NCBI GenBank assembly: GCA_050230475.1
Contig: JBFLGF010000158.1
Location: 1-64,000 of the forward strand
From: Ancylonema sp.
Lineage: Eukaryota
Direction of reading: 5' to 3'
DNA: 64,000 bases
Made by a program: the position numbers and the translations under genes. Position 1 is the first letter of the stretch, and every line of letters begins with the position of its first letter. Shown one piece after another: positions 51,700-64,000 of this stretch. Below the pieces are notes generated by a model. It was not told the DNA's origin. It saw only the letters and a program-made list of their open reading frames with translations, and searched no databases.

Positions 51700-54600
51700 A
51701 GGTAGGTAAGATGGATATGCGTGCTTTTTTTAATTTCATTGTAAACTTCATGTTGTTCTTGTCTGCGTTAAATATTTTGAGCCATGAGTATCGGTAAGGA
51801 AGAGTATGACGACTGACTTTATTGAATTACGACCCTCTGAGTGCTTCAGCATGCGAAAGATGCTGCGAAAGGGAAAAAAGATGCGGAGTTCCGGGGTAAG
51901 CATCATGCCCTCGCTGAGGTCCTCAAGAGCCAGAAGCCAAGCTATCCAGCGACTGCAATCCAGCAGCAAGCTCCAGTCGTGATACAGGTATTACAGGCAG
52001 TCTAATCCAAGCATCCACCATCATTACCTTCTTATGCATGTGAAGTAATTCAGCAATGTTTGATGATTTAAGTCGGACTCTCCAGCTAGGGTCCGTGCCA
52101 CTATGAAAAGGGACACTCGCTCCTCCGTCGCAGCCACTGAATATTACAATTTAGTGGACAGCAATTTAATTTTAGATAGACTTTTGTGTGAGTTGAGAGT
52201 AGATCTGGTTCAGCAGCTACAGGATCATTCAGCGTCAGCACCAAATCCATCTCTAGCATGTGAACAGTGTAGTAGTATATGCTTGTATTCCTTCTAAGCA
52301 TATATTTCTAACTGTCCTTTTCGTCTTTCTCAAGGGATTCACTACGCGTACCCCTGGAAGGCACTCGTTTGTAACATAACGACCAAGTACGTGAAGATCG
52401 TTGAGAATTCAAAAATGGAGACTGGCCATGAGGTTGGGCCGGCGAAAGACCGACTCCTTTCCCATTTCAACAAACCAAAAGAGAAGAACCAATCAGAGAC
52501 CAACTTCCACGTGGAGAAAGCGTTCTTGGTGTACATCACGTTTCTTTCTTCACCGGATGGATCCTGATGCTCATTTGTTGTTGACAACATGCAGTATGGT
52601 GTCCATGACCCGACTCATCCTAAATTAGTAGAGCTTCTCCTAGTGATGCGACAGATGATGCTACAAATTAGCAGCAGCGTGTTTCCAATCAACCATTGCA
52701 CAGTGAACCATACAGGTCGACCTGGCTTGCACAACCTGGTTGCTTGAATTCCCTTCCATGACTTGCATGTGGCGTCCTGTCCCGTTCGTGTGTATACAGA
52801 CGGATATGGCCAAACAGGAATGGGTGTGGTTTAGTTCTCCAAACGGATGGAGGGATGGGATCATGCTTCCACATTTGACACTAGCTTTCGAGAACGCGGT
52901 CACGGGAGGAAGGAGTGGGAGGATGGTTTTAGGGGCTCTGAGATGTACGCGTGGCTCCTCACCAGAGAGGACCTTGAGTATGGAATTAAGAGGGAGAATC
53001 GAGCATGGCCTCAGAGCCTGAAGAACTACTTCACGAAGCCTGTGAACAAGGAAACAAAAACACCCGCTCAAGTAAGTGTGAAGTCGTGTTGTCTATCTGA
53101 CAACAATTTCCTCGGAAGGCACAGACCTTGTTTATTTGAGGAAGATAACAATGTCCTTGTAGTACACACTACTTTTGCAGCGTGAAGGTTGTTGGAGGGT
53201 GAGATGGTTCTTATTAGTGAAGCATTTGAGTGTCCTTTTATTTGTATGTCAATGTTATTCGATGGTAGTACCCATTCCATCCCCCTTCCCCCCCCCCCCC
53301 GCATCTCACTCTCCAGTGCCTCATGTAGAATGATAAATGTGTCAAGTGTGGCTAGTCGCCATACATTTCTTTCGGAATGAACGCGTATATTCACCACAGG
53401 TGACGTTTGGCAAGGATGGGTGGCTTCATTTTTCATTGCAGGCACGTCAGGAAGAGAAAGAGTTGCAAAAGAAGAAGAAGCAGCAGCAGCAGCAGTAGCT
53501 AGAGGCCATGGAGAGGGAGCGGGAGATAGAACGGACAGAGAAACTTGAGGCTGAGAGACAGAAACAAGAGCTTCAGCGATTGGTAGACAAAATGGGGCCG
53601 GAGCTTGTGAGAGCCCAGAATGAGGGCAACGAAAAAGCTGCAAAGTTGGAGAATACCTTAGCGTTGGCTCTGAAGCAGGGCAAAGAGCGAGAGAGGGAAA
53701 TAGAGGCTTTAAAATATCATAACCACGGTGGGTATATTCTTGCATTGGCATCGTGCTGCTCATGTGCTCCCTCGACCCTTGTGCTATCTACACAGTAGGC
53801 CTCTTGATAGTTGGTATGATTGCACAGGACGACGGTGTGTTATGACCTCATGACCTCTACCTCATTCAGAATTCGAGTGGAGCTAGTGGATAAATTTATA
53901 GATGTCTACAATTTATATCATATCTGGTTCTCTCGTCCTCTGGTTCTCTTGATTAAGTATTTCAGTTCCTTGTGAGCAGAGATGCAGCGAGTGCTACGGA
54001 ACGCCGCACAGAAGAAGCGGGAGCAAGATGAAAGTGTTCGCCTAAAGCAGGAGGCATTGATGAAGCAGAAAGCGGACTTGGAACGGCAATGACATCATCA
54101 CTATGCAACCAAAGACGAAGAGGACCGGAGGAATGAACGGGTGAGTTGCTTTTCGCAATAATGATGACTTGTGAAGACTAAGAGAGGGAGTCCGTGATTG
54201 CAGCATTAGCTAGTAGATAGTTTTTGTGGCTCAAGAGTAGTCAAACTAATAAAACGATGGCAGATAAGTTTGAATTTTGTGAGATCTTACAAAGACTTGT
54301 GGGATGTTTTACATATCACTATGGGATCACTAGAAATATCGCTAGAAATATTGCCGCAAATTATTGGTTGCTCTGAGAAGAGATGGTTTGTACTTTGACA
54401 GGTGCAACGCGAAATGGAAACCCTACAACAGCAAATGAGAGTGGCTGTTGTTTGGGAGGCACTTGCAAAGAAGCAACAAGTTATGTTACTAAACCCTTGT
54501 GGAGCTTCTTATGGGGTTGTGAGTGTTCGCTGTGTGTCGCTTTGGCGTCTTTAGTAACGAGGCATGTGTATGTCTTGCCTGCACTACCTTATGACGCTGA

Positions 54601-56405
54601 AATGCACCGACTTTCCAATGTTGTGGGTCCATTGACCAGCTTTTGTGCAAAATTTGTAGTCTTGATTTTGTTCTCCTCACATTATACTAGAAGCGCATTC
54701 GACCATCTTTAACCGCCTTGTAGTAGTCATGATGTTGGAATGTAATTACAAATTACGTTCCAAAGGGGGAACTATTTATTGTAAAATCTTCCACGTTCTT
54801 CAACATCACTTTTTTGAAGGACAACTTCTTGGTGAAAAGACTCGACTCGTTTCTTGTATGATGTTGAGAGGAACCTTCGATTATGAACACCTTGATTTGA
54901 ATGCTAAAGATTTTGCATGTGGTGTGAGATGAGATGCAAGAAGAAACAGTCGAAAAGGTAAAAGACGACCAATCCAGAGAGATGGGCCGAATCTTGAAGC
55001 AAGAGCGTGAGCGGGAGATTCTCTTACAAATCAGTATGTGACCCGAGATCGACAAATGAATGAGGAGATAAAGAGAGCACACAAGGAGGCCGTTGAGGTA
55101 AGGAAAAAACGTGATTCTACGGAATGAATCTGCATATGAGATCTGCAACGGATAAGGCCTATGCATGAATGTGTGCTGTTTGAAGAAAGTCGTGTTAAGG
55201 CAGACTTGCAAGACTTCTGTCTCGCGGGTGTTGGTTGGGGGTTCAGTATGTGTGGGTAACAAGATCAAACATCAACAACATGTGTGGGTTTTTCTTGGTA
55301 CATATTTTTCATCATGCTTTGGTATCGATGGGCAAATACGAAATCGTGTTGTCGAGTGTGCAAATTATCAAATTGAGACTTGCAATCATATGTGTCCTCT
55401 TGTGGTGCAGTTCCTCAAAGACAACGACATTATGGAACTCAAGGATTTCTTTCCAGAAGGCGCTCCCCAATCGTCGGTTCATAAGAGCGGGGACTTGGAC
55501 TTAAGCAAATGGATGCCGGATTTTGTGAAGAAGTATGGGGATGATTGGGCAATCAACAGAGGCATGGAGGCTTTTAGCAAGTATCAACCGAAGGTGTACG
55601 ACGTCAAGCAAGAATATTTCGACGTCAAAGTTGTGAACGGGGAAGCTAAGGTGAGGCCACCAGAATTGAAGAGTGAGATTAGGGGGTGTTGTTGGATTTA
55701 CCGGATGTGGGAGGGGTGGTTCGAGGTCACAACACTCATGTTTTAAGTACACCAAACGATATTCACAAATATATAGGCATAGCATGGCGGTTCTACAAAA
55801 ACATATAGTGGTCTTGTTGCCTCCGATAATGACAAACGTGCACAAGTTAGCTTGCAATATTATGGTTCATAGTGGGCTGTCTACATAGGCTTACGCTTCA
55901 TCTGTCTTAATCTGAATTCGGGATTTCAATTGCCAAACATTGCTAGCCCCCATGATGTTCATGTAATGATGTTCATGTGATGTTCGTGTTCATGTTTATG
56001 TTCATGTTCATGTTCATGTGATGTTCATGTAATGTGATAATTAAGGTCAAATCAAATAACCGGATGAAGTCGGTATGTGGGTGATACCTCTAAAACTTGG
56101 ACGAGTCTTTGACCTACCTGCAGCGAGTGCCTTGTCTTGAGCACGGAACAATCATGAATATACGAAATAAATTTGGGATGGACGCAATGGAGGACTTCTT
56201 GCGCGCGAATTTGGAACACTTAGAAGTAGCAGCTTCCGCGAGCTATACGGTTCTCATGGCTTGGAATTCTGAAAAAAAACGGAAGGCTACGGTTGGGGAG
56301 GTAGTTCAATTCGCGAAATCATGTTGTGTTGTGCTGAATGAGAGAAACAAAGAATTGACACCATTAAAGTCAGAGAGGCAAAGTAAACGACTCAAGAGAA
56401 ATTGA
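51700..56405 (+). pseudogene. IDN2/FDM-like (zf-XS, XS, coiled coil, XH) paralog, pseudogenised
   Basis: Exon-by-exon similarity to 58365-63466. First exons missing; in-frame TGA at 54090-54092; ~100 bp frameshifting deletion near 55028; acceptor CAG>CAA near 54938. Confidence 0.82.
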
Positions 56406-58364
56406 GGGGGAACCTCACTTGCGCCACTTCTGAGGAGGGGGGAAAGTAGGCGTTATGTCTTGATGGAGAGTATTGGCATTATGCCAATATTGATGGGTTT
56501 TTCTTGTATCAGATGAACACGCAATGCAGTATCATTTTTAGTGAGTGATGAGAGTATGTAATTGAGGTGCGTACTTTGAGACTTGAGGTCTTACACTCTC
56601 AGTGAGATTGGTGTGTAGGTACTCACCTCTGCTCCACTAACCACGAAAGTTAATAAGTAGTTCTACCTTTTGTAGTGCACTTGTTTCTCTGGCATCTCTA
56701 TGTTATGTTGTGAACAAAAGTAATCGATGATATACATCATATCTACTACATATCGCCTCACCTCATTACCATCGAGTTCTATACCAATGGAAAATGCAAG
56801 TGCGGCCTTGAACAATCGTTCTTTAAGTTGTCAGATGTGCGTTCAGATAGTTGTGGCATTAGCCCCACTGTTCATCATGCATGCAATGTTTCATATAGTA
56901 AAAGGTATTGAATACTGTTTCGCATGCGCGTGGCGAATTTGTTGTAAGCTGGAAAACGACTTTCATGCGTACCAACAAATATTGGCCACCATAGTGAATC
57001 TAGCAGACTTTCGGAAGTAGCGCCACAAGGGGAAGACGAGACTCTCCTCTTCTCCATAGTGGGTCCAATAACGAGAGAAAGAACAACGCGAATTTTTTAT
57101 AACTAGCCCGTCTAACGACACATGCAACTACAGTGACACAATCATGCATTCACGTCGAATCACCCCAGAGCGATGTGCCTCCACCCTTTGTCTACATTAC
57201 TACCTCCGCCATGTATCCTGATTCAGACATTAATTTTAGATTTTCCGGTACGACCTCGCAAACAATATTTCGGACCCGGTTTTCACAAAAAAACCTGGGT
57301 CGAAAATATATCGCTCCTAGGGCCTTCAGCTCCGTTAGTCCCGGGGTTTGTTTTTTCTCAAATTTCCGGTATTTCCCGATCTCGGGCATAAAATTCATTC
57401 CCGTTTACTGGGGGGTGGGCGAATTGTTGGGGCTACGTTGAATTAGGTATATTTGGTGTTTGGTGAGACATATCATTGTTAGTAATTAACGGAAACCCGA
57501 GATCATTTTACGAAGCATTGATAACTCATTTCTTTGTGACAAAATAGAAATCATTTACGGTGTCCAATACGGTACTCGTTGGATTCGATAGGAAAAAAAG
57601 CATACACATATACATGTTTTGCGTGGTCATGGTTATTGGTAGCCTCAACAACCTAAACACGTTTAACACCATTCCCAGTGATAAAAGTATTTTTAATACA
57701 ACTTGACTAGGGATGGAGAAGGTTAATAATTCAACCCGTAACTATGAGTCATTAATATTTTGAAGTTAGTCTTGATAATATAGTTACAAGGACCGGCGGA
57801 CCGGGATTCCGAGGTCCCAATTCCGGACCGAGGTGCATCCTCCTAGACGAATTCCTGACCGGCAGTATTGGAATACTTTCGGTTTTTTATTTCTCGTAAT
57901 GTTGAAATTTTGTTTCATGGATAAGCGCTCATTTTACGCTCTAATACGCTCATGAGCGTGATCTTGCGCTCATGTAACTCGGAGCGCTAAGCGCAAGGGC
58001 TGCCACTGCGCTCACCGATCCCAAGTGCCGCTTGAGGCGTGTACGCTCGGGACGAAACATCGGGGTGAAATTTGCGGGGCGGGGCCAACTGCCTCTCTGG
58101 TAGAACAGAAATTCTATGCTTCACAGTTTTACCTGCAAAGAACTGAGTCGTTTGTGTCAACGTTTGAAGTTAGGAGCCAAAAGCAGGGAGGACTACGCAG
58201 ACGTCTCACTTCGTCGGAGTCACGTCACTCATTGATATTCAAGGACTCACCTTATCAATCTTGGCGCGCGAGTCAGGAGCTGAGCGTTCTAGTAGGCGGA
58301 ACAGGAAGTCCTATACTTGCTAGGAGAACTGCACTTTGATATTTTCAACAGCACAATTGGAGCC

Positions 58365-61300
58365 ATGAGCAGTGAGGACGACTTCGACGACGACGAGGAC
58401 GTCAAAGATTTCTCCAAAGAGGCAAAAGTGGAAATCGAGACGAAGGGATACGCTTTTTACAAAGATAAAGCGAATATCTACTTCTGTCCATATTGCGCCC
58501 GTACGTTTTCTTCCTCTCCAGACCACATCCCTCGACTGTATGCATAATTCCGATTTGTACGAGTCTTCGTGAATTCCTGATCGAAGTATCGGGAAATGAT
58601 TGCCTTCCTGTACAACTTACTCATAGGTCCTGGAAATTTCCTGTTATTCGTGCGCAGGAAAAAAGGACTCTTACAGATACAATGAGCTTCTGAAGGTAGG
58701 TACGATTGATATGTTTATAGTCTATTTCCTTTCATTTGTGAAGTGCAACTTGTTCTTGTCAGCGTTTTATCCTCTGAGCCATGAGTACCGGTAAGGACGA
58801 GTATGACGACTCGAACCTCACTGAATTGCAACCCTCTGAGTGCTTCAGCATGCAAACGACGCTGCAAAAGGGAAGAAAGATGCGAAGTACCGGGGTAGGC
58901 ACCATGCCCTCGCTGAGCTCCTCAGGAATCAGCCTCCAGCGCGCCTCCCAAGCAATCCAACGACTGCAATCCAGCAGCAAGCTCCAGTCGTACTACAGGT
59001 AACTAAGCGGCACTGAATATCAAGAATTGGTCACCTTTCACCTTTGGAATAGATTGCCATGTCCACTCGGATGTAACTCGGACCGTCCAGCTGGGATCCT
59101 TACCACCATGAATTGAGCAGGTACAACGAAGAATACTGTTATGTGGTATCTGTATCTTTTTCGGTAATTTCGCAAAGTGCATGAGGAGTATTTTACTCAC
59201 GCCTCTCCGCCTGTAACCAGTGGAAATTAGTCGATCGGGTATATTTTTTTGTGATGTGAGAGAACATCTGATTCAGCAGCTGCCAAAACATTCAGCATCA
59301 GCAACTAAGTGGTCACCGGCATGCCAACTTTTCTGACATTCATTCTTGTCGGTTCAGGGTGAACAATACTCCTACCCCTGGAGGGCGCTCGTTTGTAATA
59401 TAGCGACCAAGTACTATGAGGATCCTAACAACGGGACTAGCCAGGAGGCTGGACCGGCCAGGCAACAACTTCTTTCCCATTTCAACAGGCCAAACGAAAA
59501 AAACCAACCAGAGACAGATTTCCACGTGGAGGATGTTTTCATGGTGTACAGTACGTAAACTTCTTCACCAAATAGACCATGATGCTCACCTGTTTTTGGT
59601 AACTGCATTAGGCTGTCCATGACTTTACTCATACTATTTTCATGCAGGCTCACAAAGATAAACCAAATGAGGAGTGGTGTGTGTCACATCAAACATCTCA
59701 CTGTGTATCACAATGATTTGCTTGCGAGACTTCTCTGCTTGAATCCCCTCTTGTGACTGCGTGTGGCGTCCTTTCTTGTGTGTATCCAGATCACAAAGGC
59801 CAAACAGATATGGCCGTCGTTCAGTTTGGGAAGCGAATGGAGGGATGGGATCATGCCTGCACTTTTGAGCGCAGCTTTCAAGGACGCCGTCATGGGAGGG
59901 AGGACTGGGAGCGCGGCCGCAGGGATCGTGAGATGTATGCCTGGCTTCTCACAAAAGAGCACATTGATAATGGGATTAACAGCCGGTCATGGCCGCCAGC
60001 CCTGAAGAGCTATTTCACGAAGCCTGTGAACAGGGAAACAAAATCAATGGCCCAGGTAAGCATGAAGTCATGTTGTCTTTCTGACGACCACTCCCTCGAA
60101 GCGCAGAAGCCTGGTTCATCTGAGGTAGACAATGATGTATTTTGTAGTGCACAATTTTCTTGCAGCGTGAAGGTTGCTGGAGGATGACATGAGTTTTGGA
60201 ACCTAAATCATCTGAGATTTTATATCATGGTATGTCAATTTTTTTCTGTATGGTAGTACTTGTTCTGAAAGATAGAAGTTTCTGGATAATCACTGCCTGG
60301 TGTGCAATGACAGCCAGTGTCAAGTCTCGTGCCGTGTCTAATGCCATGACTCATTTTTAGAGGGCAAGCAGTCTTGTGACTGCTTGCCCTCTAAAAATGA
60401 TTAATGGCATTAGTGCCTTTTGTCATTGTTGCTGACGTGTTGCAAGGTTGTGTCCCGTCATTTCATCACTCCAGGCACTTCAGGAAGAAACAGAGTGGCA
60501 AAACCAGCAGCGGGAGGCACTGGAGAGGCAGCGGGAGAGGGAAAGGATGGAGGCTGAGAGGAAGAACCAAGAGCTCCAGCGGGCGCTGAACGAAGTAGAA
60601 CCAGAGCTGATGCGAGTCCGGATGGAGAGTGACAAACTGGTGGAGCAGCTAGAGACTGCCGAAGCCTGGGCACACGAGAAAGATATGCAGAGGCAGAAGG
60701 ACATAGAGGCTCTGAAGTCGCAAAACGCCCTGGGTGGGTAAATCATTGCAATAACGCCTGTTGACATCGATATGTTGCGCGATCCTTGTATTGCATTCAA
60801 ACTTTAGGTGAGGTCATTTCTGAGTAGACTGTTTGATGGTTTGGTTTCAGTGTATTCAGTGTACTTTTTATTTTCGTTTTTGTTTTGTTTGTTCTTTATT
60901 ACCTCGCGTCCCCCAGCTCATTCAGAGGTAAAATGTAGCTCGTAAAACTTCTGCCAGGTCCATGCCCTAATGTATGCAACCCTTTGATTCAGTGTTTCAT
61001 TTTCTTGTCAACAGAGACGGAAAAGGCAATGGGAAGGAGTGCGGAGAAGAAGCGGGAGCTCGAGGAGATCCATCGCCGCAAGTTGGAGGATTTCATGAAA
61101 CAGAAAGTGGAACTGGAACGGCAATCGCAACTGCAGCATGCAACGGCAGAGGAGAAGGAACGGGAGAACGATCGGGTGAGGTGCGCATCTTGTGATGCTG
61201 ATGGCCCCTGATGCACTTTCAGAAGGCTTCTGTAGATATTCCAAAGAAAGGGACTTCGTAGCATGTCGCAGCTTGCTCTCCGTCCTCGCAGACGCATTTA

Positions 61301-63466
61301 GTTTGGAAAGAGTAACGTTCAGATTGTGAGAGATGAGGAGGGGGTCTATCAGGGAGATCCACTCAAATCCAGCAAAGTCTCACACCTGACTTCTGCTATG
61401 AGTGGTGCTAGCTGGCAGACGTGCATTAGATCGCTGCTCTGATAAGTTTTCTTGTCTGCCTCGTAGGTGCGCCGCGAAATGAGAGCTTTGCAGAAGAAGA
61501 TCCATCAAGCGGAGGTGCAGGCTGCAGCTCGAGATGACCTTGCAAGGAAGCAGCAGGTAATGTGGTGGACCCTGTGCATGCTCCTCATGTACCCTTTTAT
61601 TTGCTATCTTCTTGCAGTACATAAGCTGTTGGTATAAAGACAGGTGCACAGGTCTTGCCTCACATTCACCTGGCCTCAGAAGGTGTTGTTTTCAAATACT
61701 CTGTTAGCCCACGAGTGTTCAAGTCCTAATGTGTTCTCCTTTTGTTATATGGAAGTAGAAGCGCATTGGACTGTCATGCATGTCGTCATGGTAGGAATCT
61801 AGTCGTTGTGAAGCACTTGTACTTGCACTTGCATGAATAGAGAGCTAGTGAGGGTAGGTATCTTGTTTAGATACAGGTGTAAGGTAGGTGTTGGCTCACT
61901 ACCCTTGACATGCTCTCTGTACGCGACGAGGTTCTGCTTCCAGATGTGATTGAACTGTTTTGGCTTGTGGTGCGGTGTGGTGGAATGCAGGAAGAGATGG
62001 TGAAGAAGGAGAAGGAGTATCAGTCCAGAAATATGGACCAGATCCAGAAGCACGACCGCGAGCGCGAGCTTCTGCTTGAAGAGCAACTGAAGGGTGCAGC
62101 GGAGAAACTGGAGGAAACAAAAAGGATGAAGCAGGAGGAGAAAGAGGACTTGGACGAGGAGATCGCAGTGCAGCGAGATACTATCAATCAATACGTGACC
62201 CGAGATCGAGAAATGAATGATGAGCTTGACGCAGCACGAAAGGAGGCGGCCAAGGTACAACAAAGGCCTTGTTGTGCAGAATGAGCTTACAAAGGATATC
62301 TGCCTAGCTTTTTGGATGTCCAGATGAGTGCATAAACATGTCTCTGAGATTGACGAAAGCGAGAACGAAGTTGGTTTGTCTGGACACATACCTTACAGCA
62401 GGGATATCTTCACAGAGTCCTTCGTTGGGATGTGGGATTTGTAGCAAAAAACCATCCATGCTACACGCCTTGTCCTGTGTCTAACCAAGGACTCACTAAT
62501 GTGTGTGCGTGTGTGCGTGGTGCAGTTTCTGAAAGTCGACAGCATAGCAGAGCTGGCGAATTTCTTTCCAGAAGGCGCTACCCGTCTGGGCACTCACCAA
62601 AGTGGGTCCTTGGACTCAAGCAAATGGACTCCGGCGTTTAAAAAGAAGTTTGGGGACGAGTGGGAGATCAAGGGAGCCATGGCTCTAAGCAAGTATGGAG
62701 ATCTGGTGTACGACGTCCAGGCTGTGTATTTCAAAGTCGTGGTCGATGTGAACGGGAATTCAAAGGTGAGCCTAGCAAGCATGATGAATGACTTTCGGAT
62801 GGTGGGGAGTTTATCGTTTGTGGATGGAAATACGTGAGGACTGACTTGCTTGTTTCTATCAGACGTTGACGAGTCTGGCACATAGTACACATTGTACACA
62901 TATTGACATCCCTCTCTTTGCAAAACTAGTCCCAGATGCATGAGACTGAAACAGGTACACAGAAGTTAATCATGTGTTATAGCAGTTCCTTGTGGACTCT
63001 CTCAAACTCTCAACATGCCACCTGACGGGAATGGGATCAAGGATCCCCATTTCTCACCAGTATTGGTTGCTTGCAAATGATGCGTTGTGCACCTTCTTGT
63101 GTTGATAAGGAGTGCAGAAACACGAAGAATTGGTGTGTTGTTGACATTTCGACGTGTTTATGGACGTGTTTGCAGTATATGCCTTCTCTTGAGCAAGATA
63201 CAATCAAGGAGATACGAAACAAATTCGGGATGGAGGCAATGGAGGATTTCCTGCGGGCAATTACGGAACAGCTGGACTGTGCGGCGTCGGCCAGTTATCC
63301 TGTTGACATGGCGTGGAACTTGGAGCGGAACCGAAGGGCCACCATCACCGAGGTGGTCCAGTTTGCAAAAACATGTTGCGATGTCCTAGACGAGAAAATG
63401 AAAGACCTAATGTCTCATATTCCACCTGAGGGAAAACGCAAGAGTACAAGGAGAAATGCGAGATGA
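58365..63466 (+). CDS. IDN2/FDM-like dsRNA-binding protein (zf-XS, XS, coiled coil, XH)
   Basis: YFCPYC / KKDSYRYNELLK / HA..HHALAELL (zf-XS); YPWRALVCNI..AVVQFGKRMEGWDHACTFERSF..GREDW..MYAWL (XS); EQ-rich coils; GSLDSSKW..KKKFG and IRNKFGMEAM..ASYPVDMAWNLERNRRATITEVV (XH). Confidence 0.85.
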
Positions 63467-64000
63467 GGCACCTGGTGTGTAGGTCTTTCCTTACCTCTAC
63501 TTCAAAAACCATGCAAGTAGTTATGTGGTGGTTGCGTGTAGTGCAATGGTATTTGTACACTGGCGGCCCTCGTCTTTGTTGTGAGATACTTTTTTGTGAG
63601 ATAGAAATTATGTCATGTATCTTGTCATTCATAAGTGCGTTTCTACTTTCGTGATGCGTACCGTCAGAAAGACAAGCATGGCCTAAATAGTGGGACAATC
63701 CTTTCCACATCCGTGGGAAGAAATGCGCGGCATTCAGATAACACTAGTCATTGTTGCACGCAATGTTGAGAGTATCGATGGGATTGAATATTTGGGAATG
63801 CTATGGATATTAGAAAGCCATTTATTTGTGGTACACGAATGCCGATAAACTCCATTTGCGTTTGCATGAAAACACATGCCGTGACACCCAAATTTAGAAA
63901 CTACCAAAATCAACGATAGGTTGAAAATCTTGCGTCTAATGATGACGACGACACCACGTTATCACAATGTTTGGGAGCATCACGACATTAACTCTCATTT

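Noticed and set aside
55950..56035. (ATGTTC)n-like repeat
   Set aside because: Ordinary degenerate intronic microsatellite.

Overview
Intron-rich, TE-dense eukaryotic DNA. Gene content (plastid-type FBPase, RR-TZF CCCH protein, IDN2/FDM-like XS-XH proteins) points to a streptophyte, probably a charophyte-type alga (inference). Host genes: a tandem CCCH zinc-finger gene with a coiled-coil N-terminus, ARMC7, a 5'-truncated plastid-type FBPase, a MATH(?)-BTB gene, mitochondrial PDH E2, and two tandem IDN2/FDM-like genes (the first a pseudogene). Mobile DNA: a decayed Ty3/Gypsy element (about 129-6127, minus) with a C5 cytosine methyltransferase domain in frame between protease and RT. A second segment (42499-45790) shares that element's 1.15 kb terminal repeat, ends in a B-A-B split-repeat arrangement and carries a second, very divergent DNMT-like domain lacking the catalytic residues. 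Also present: a self-priming Tf1/sushi-type LTR plus gag fragment, a decayed PIF/Harbinger transposon, and many MITEs. Best candidate for a new system: a Gypsy family carrying an active plus a catalytically dead DNMT pair, possibly with split direct repeats instead of ordinary LTRs. All calls come from reading motifs by eye; no searches were run, and exon or element boundaries marked '~' are approximate.
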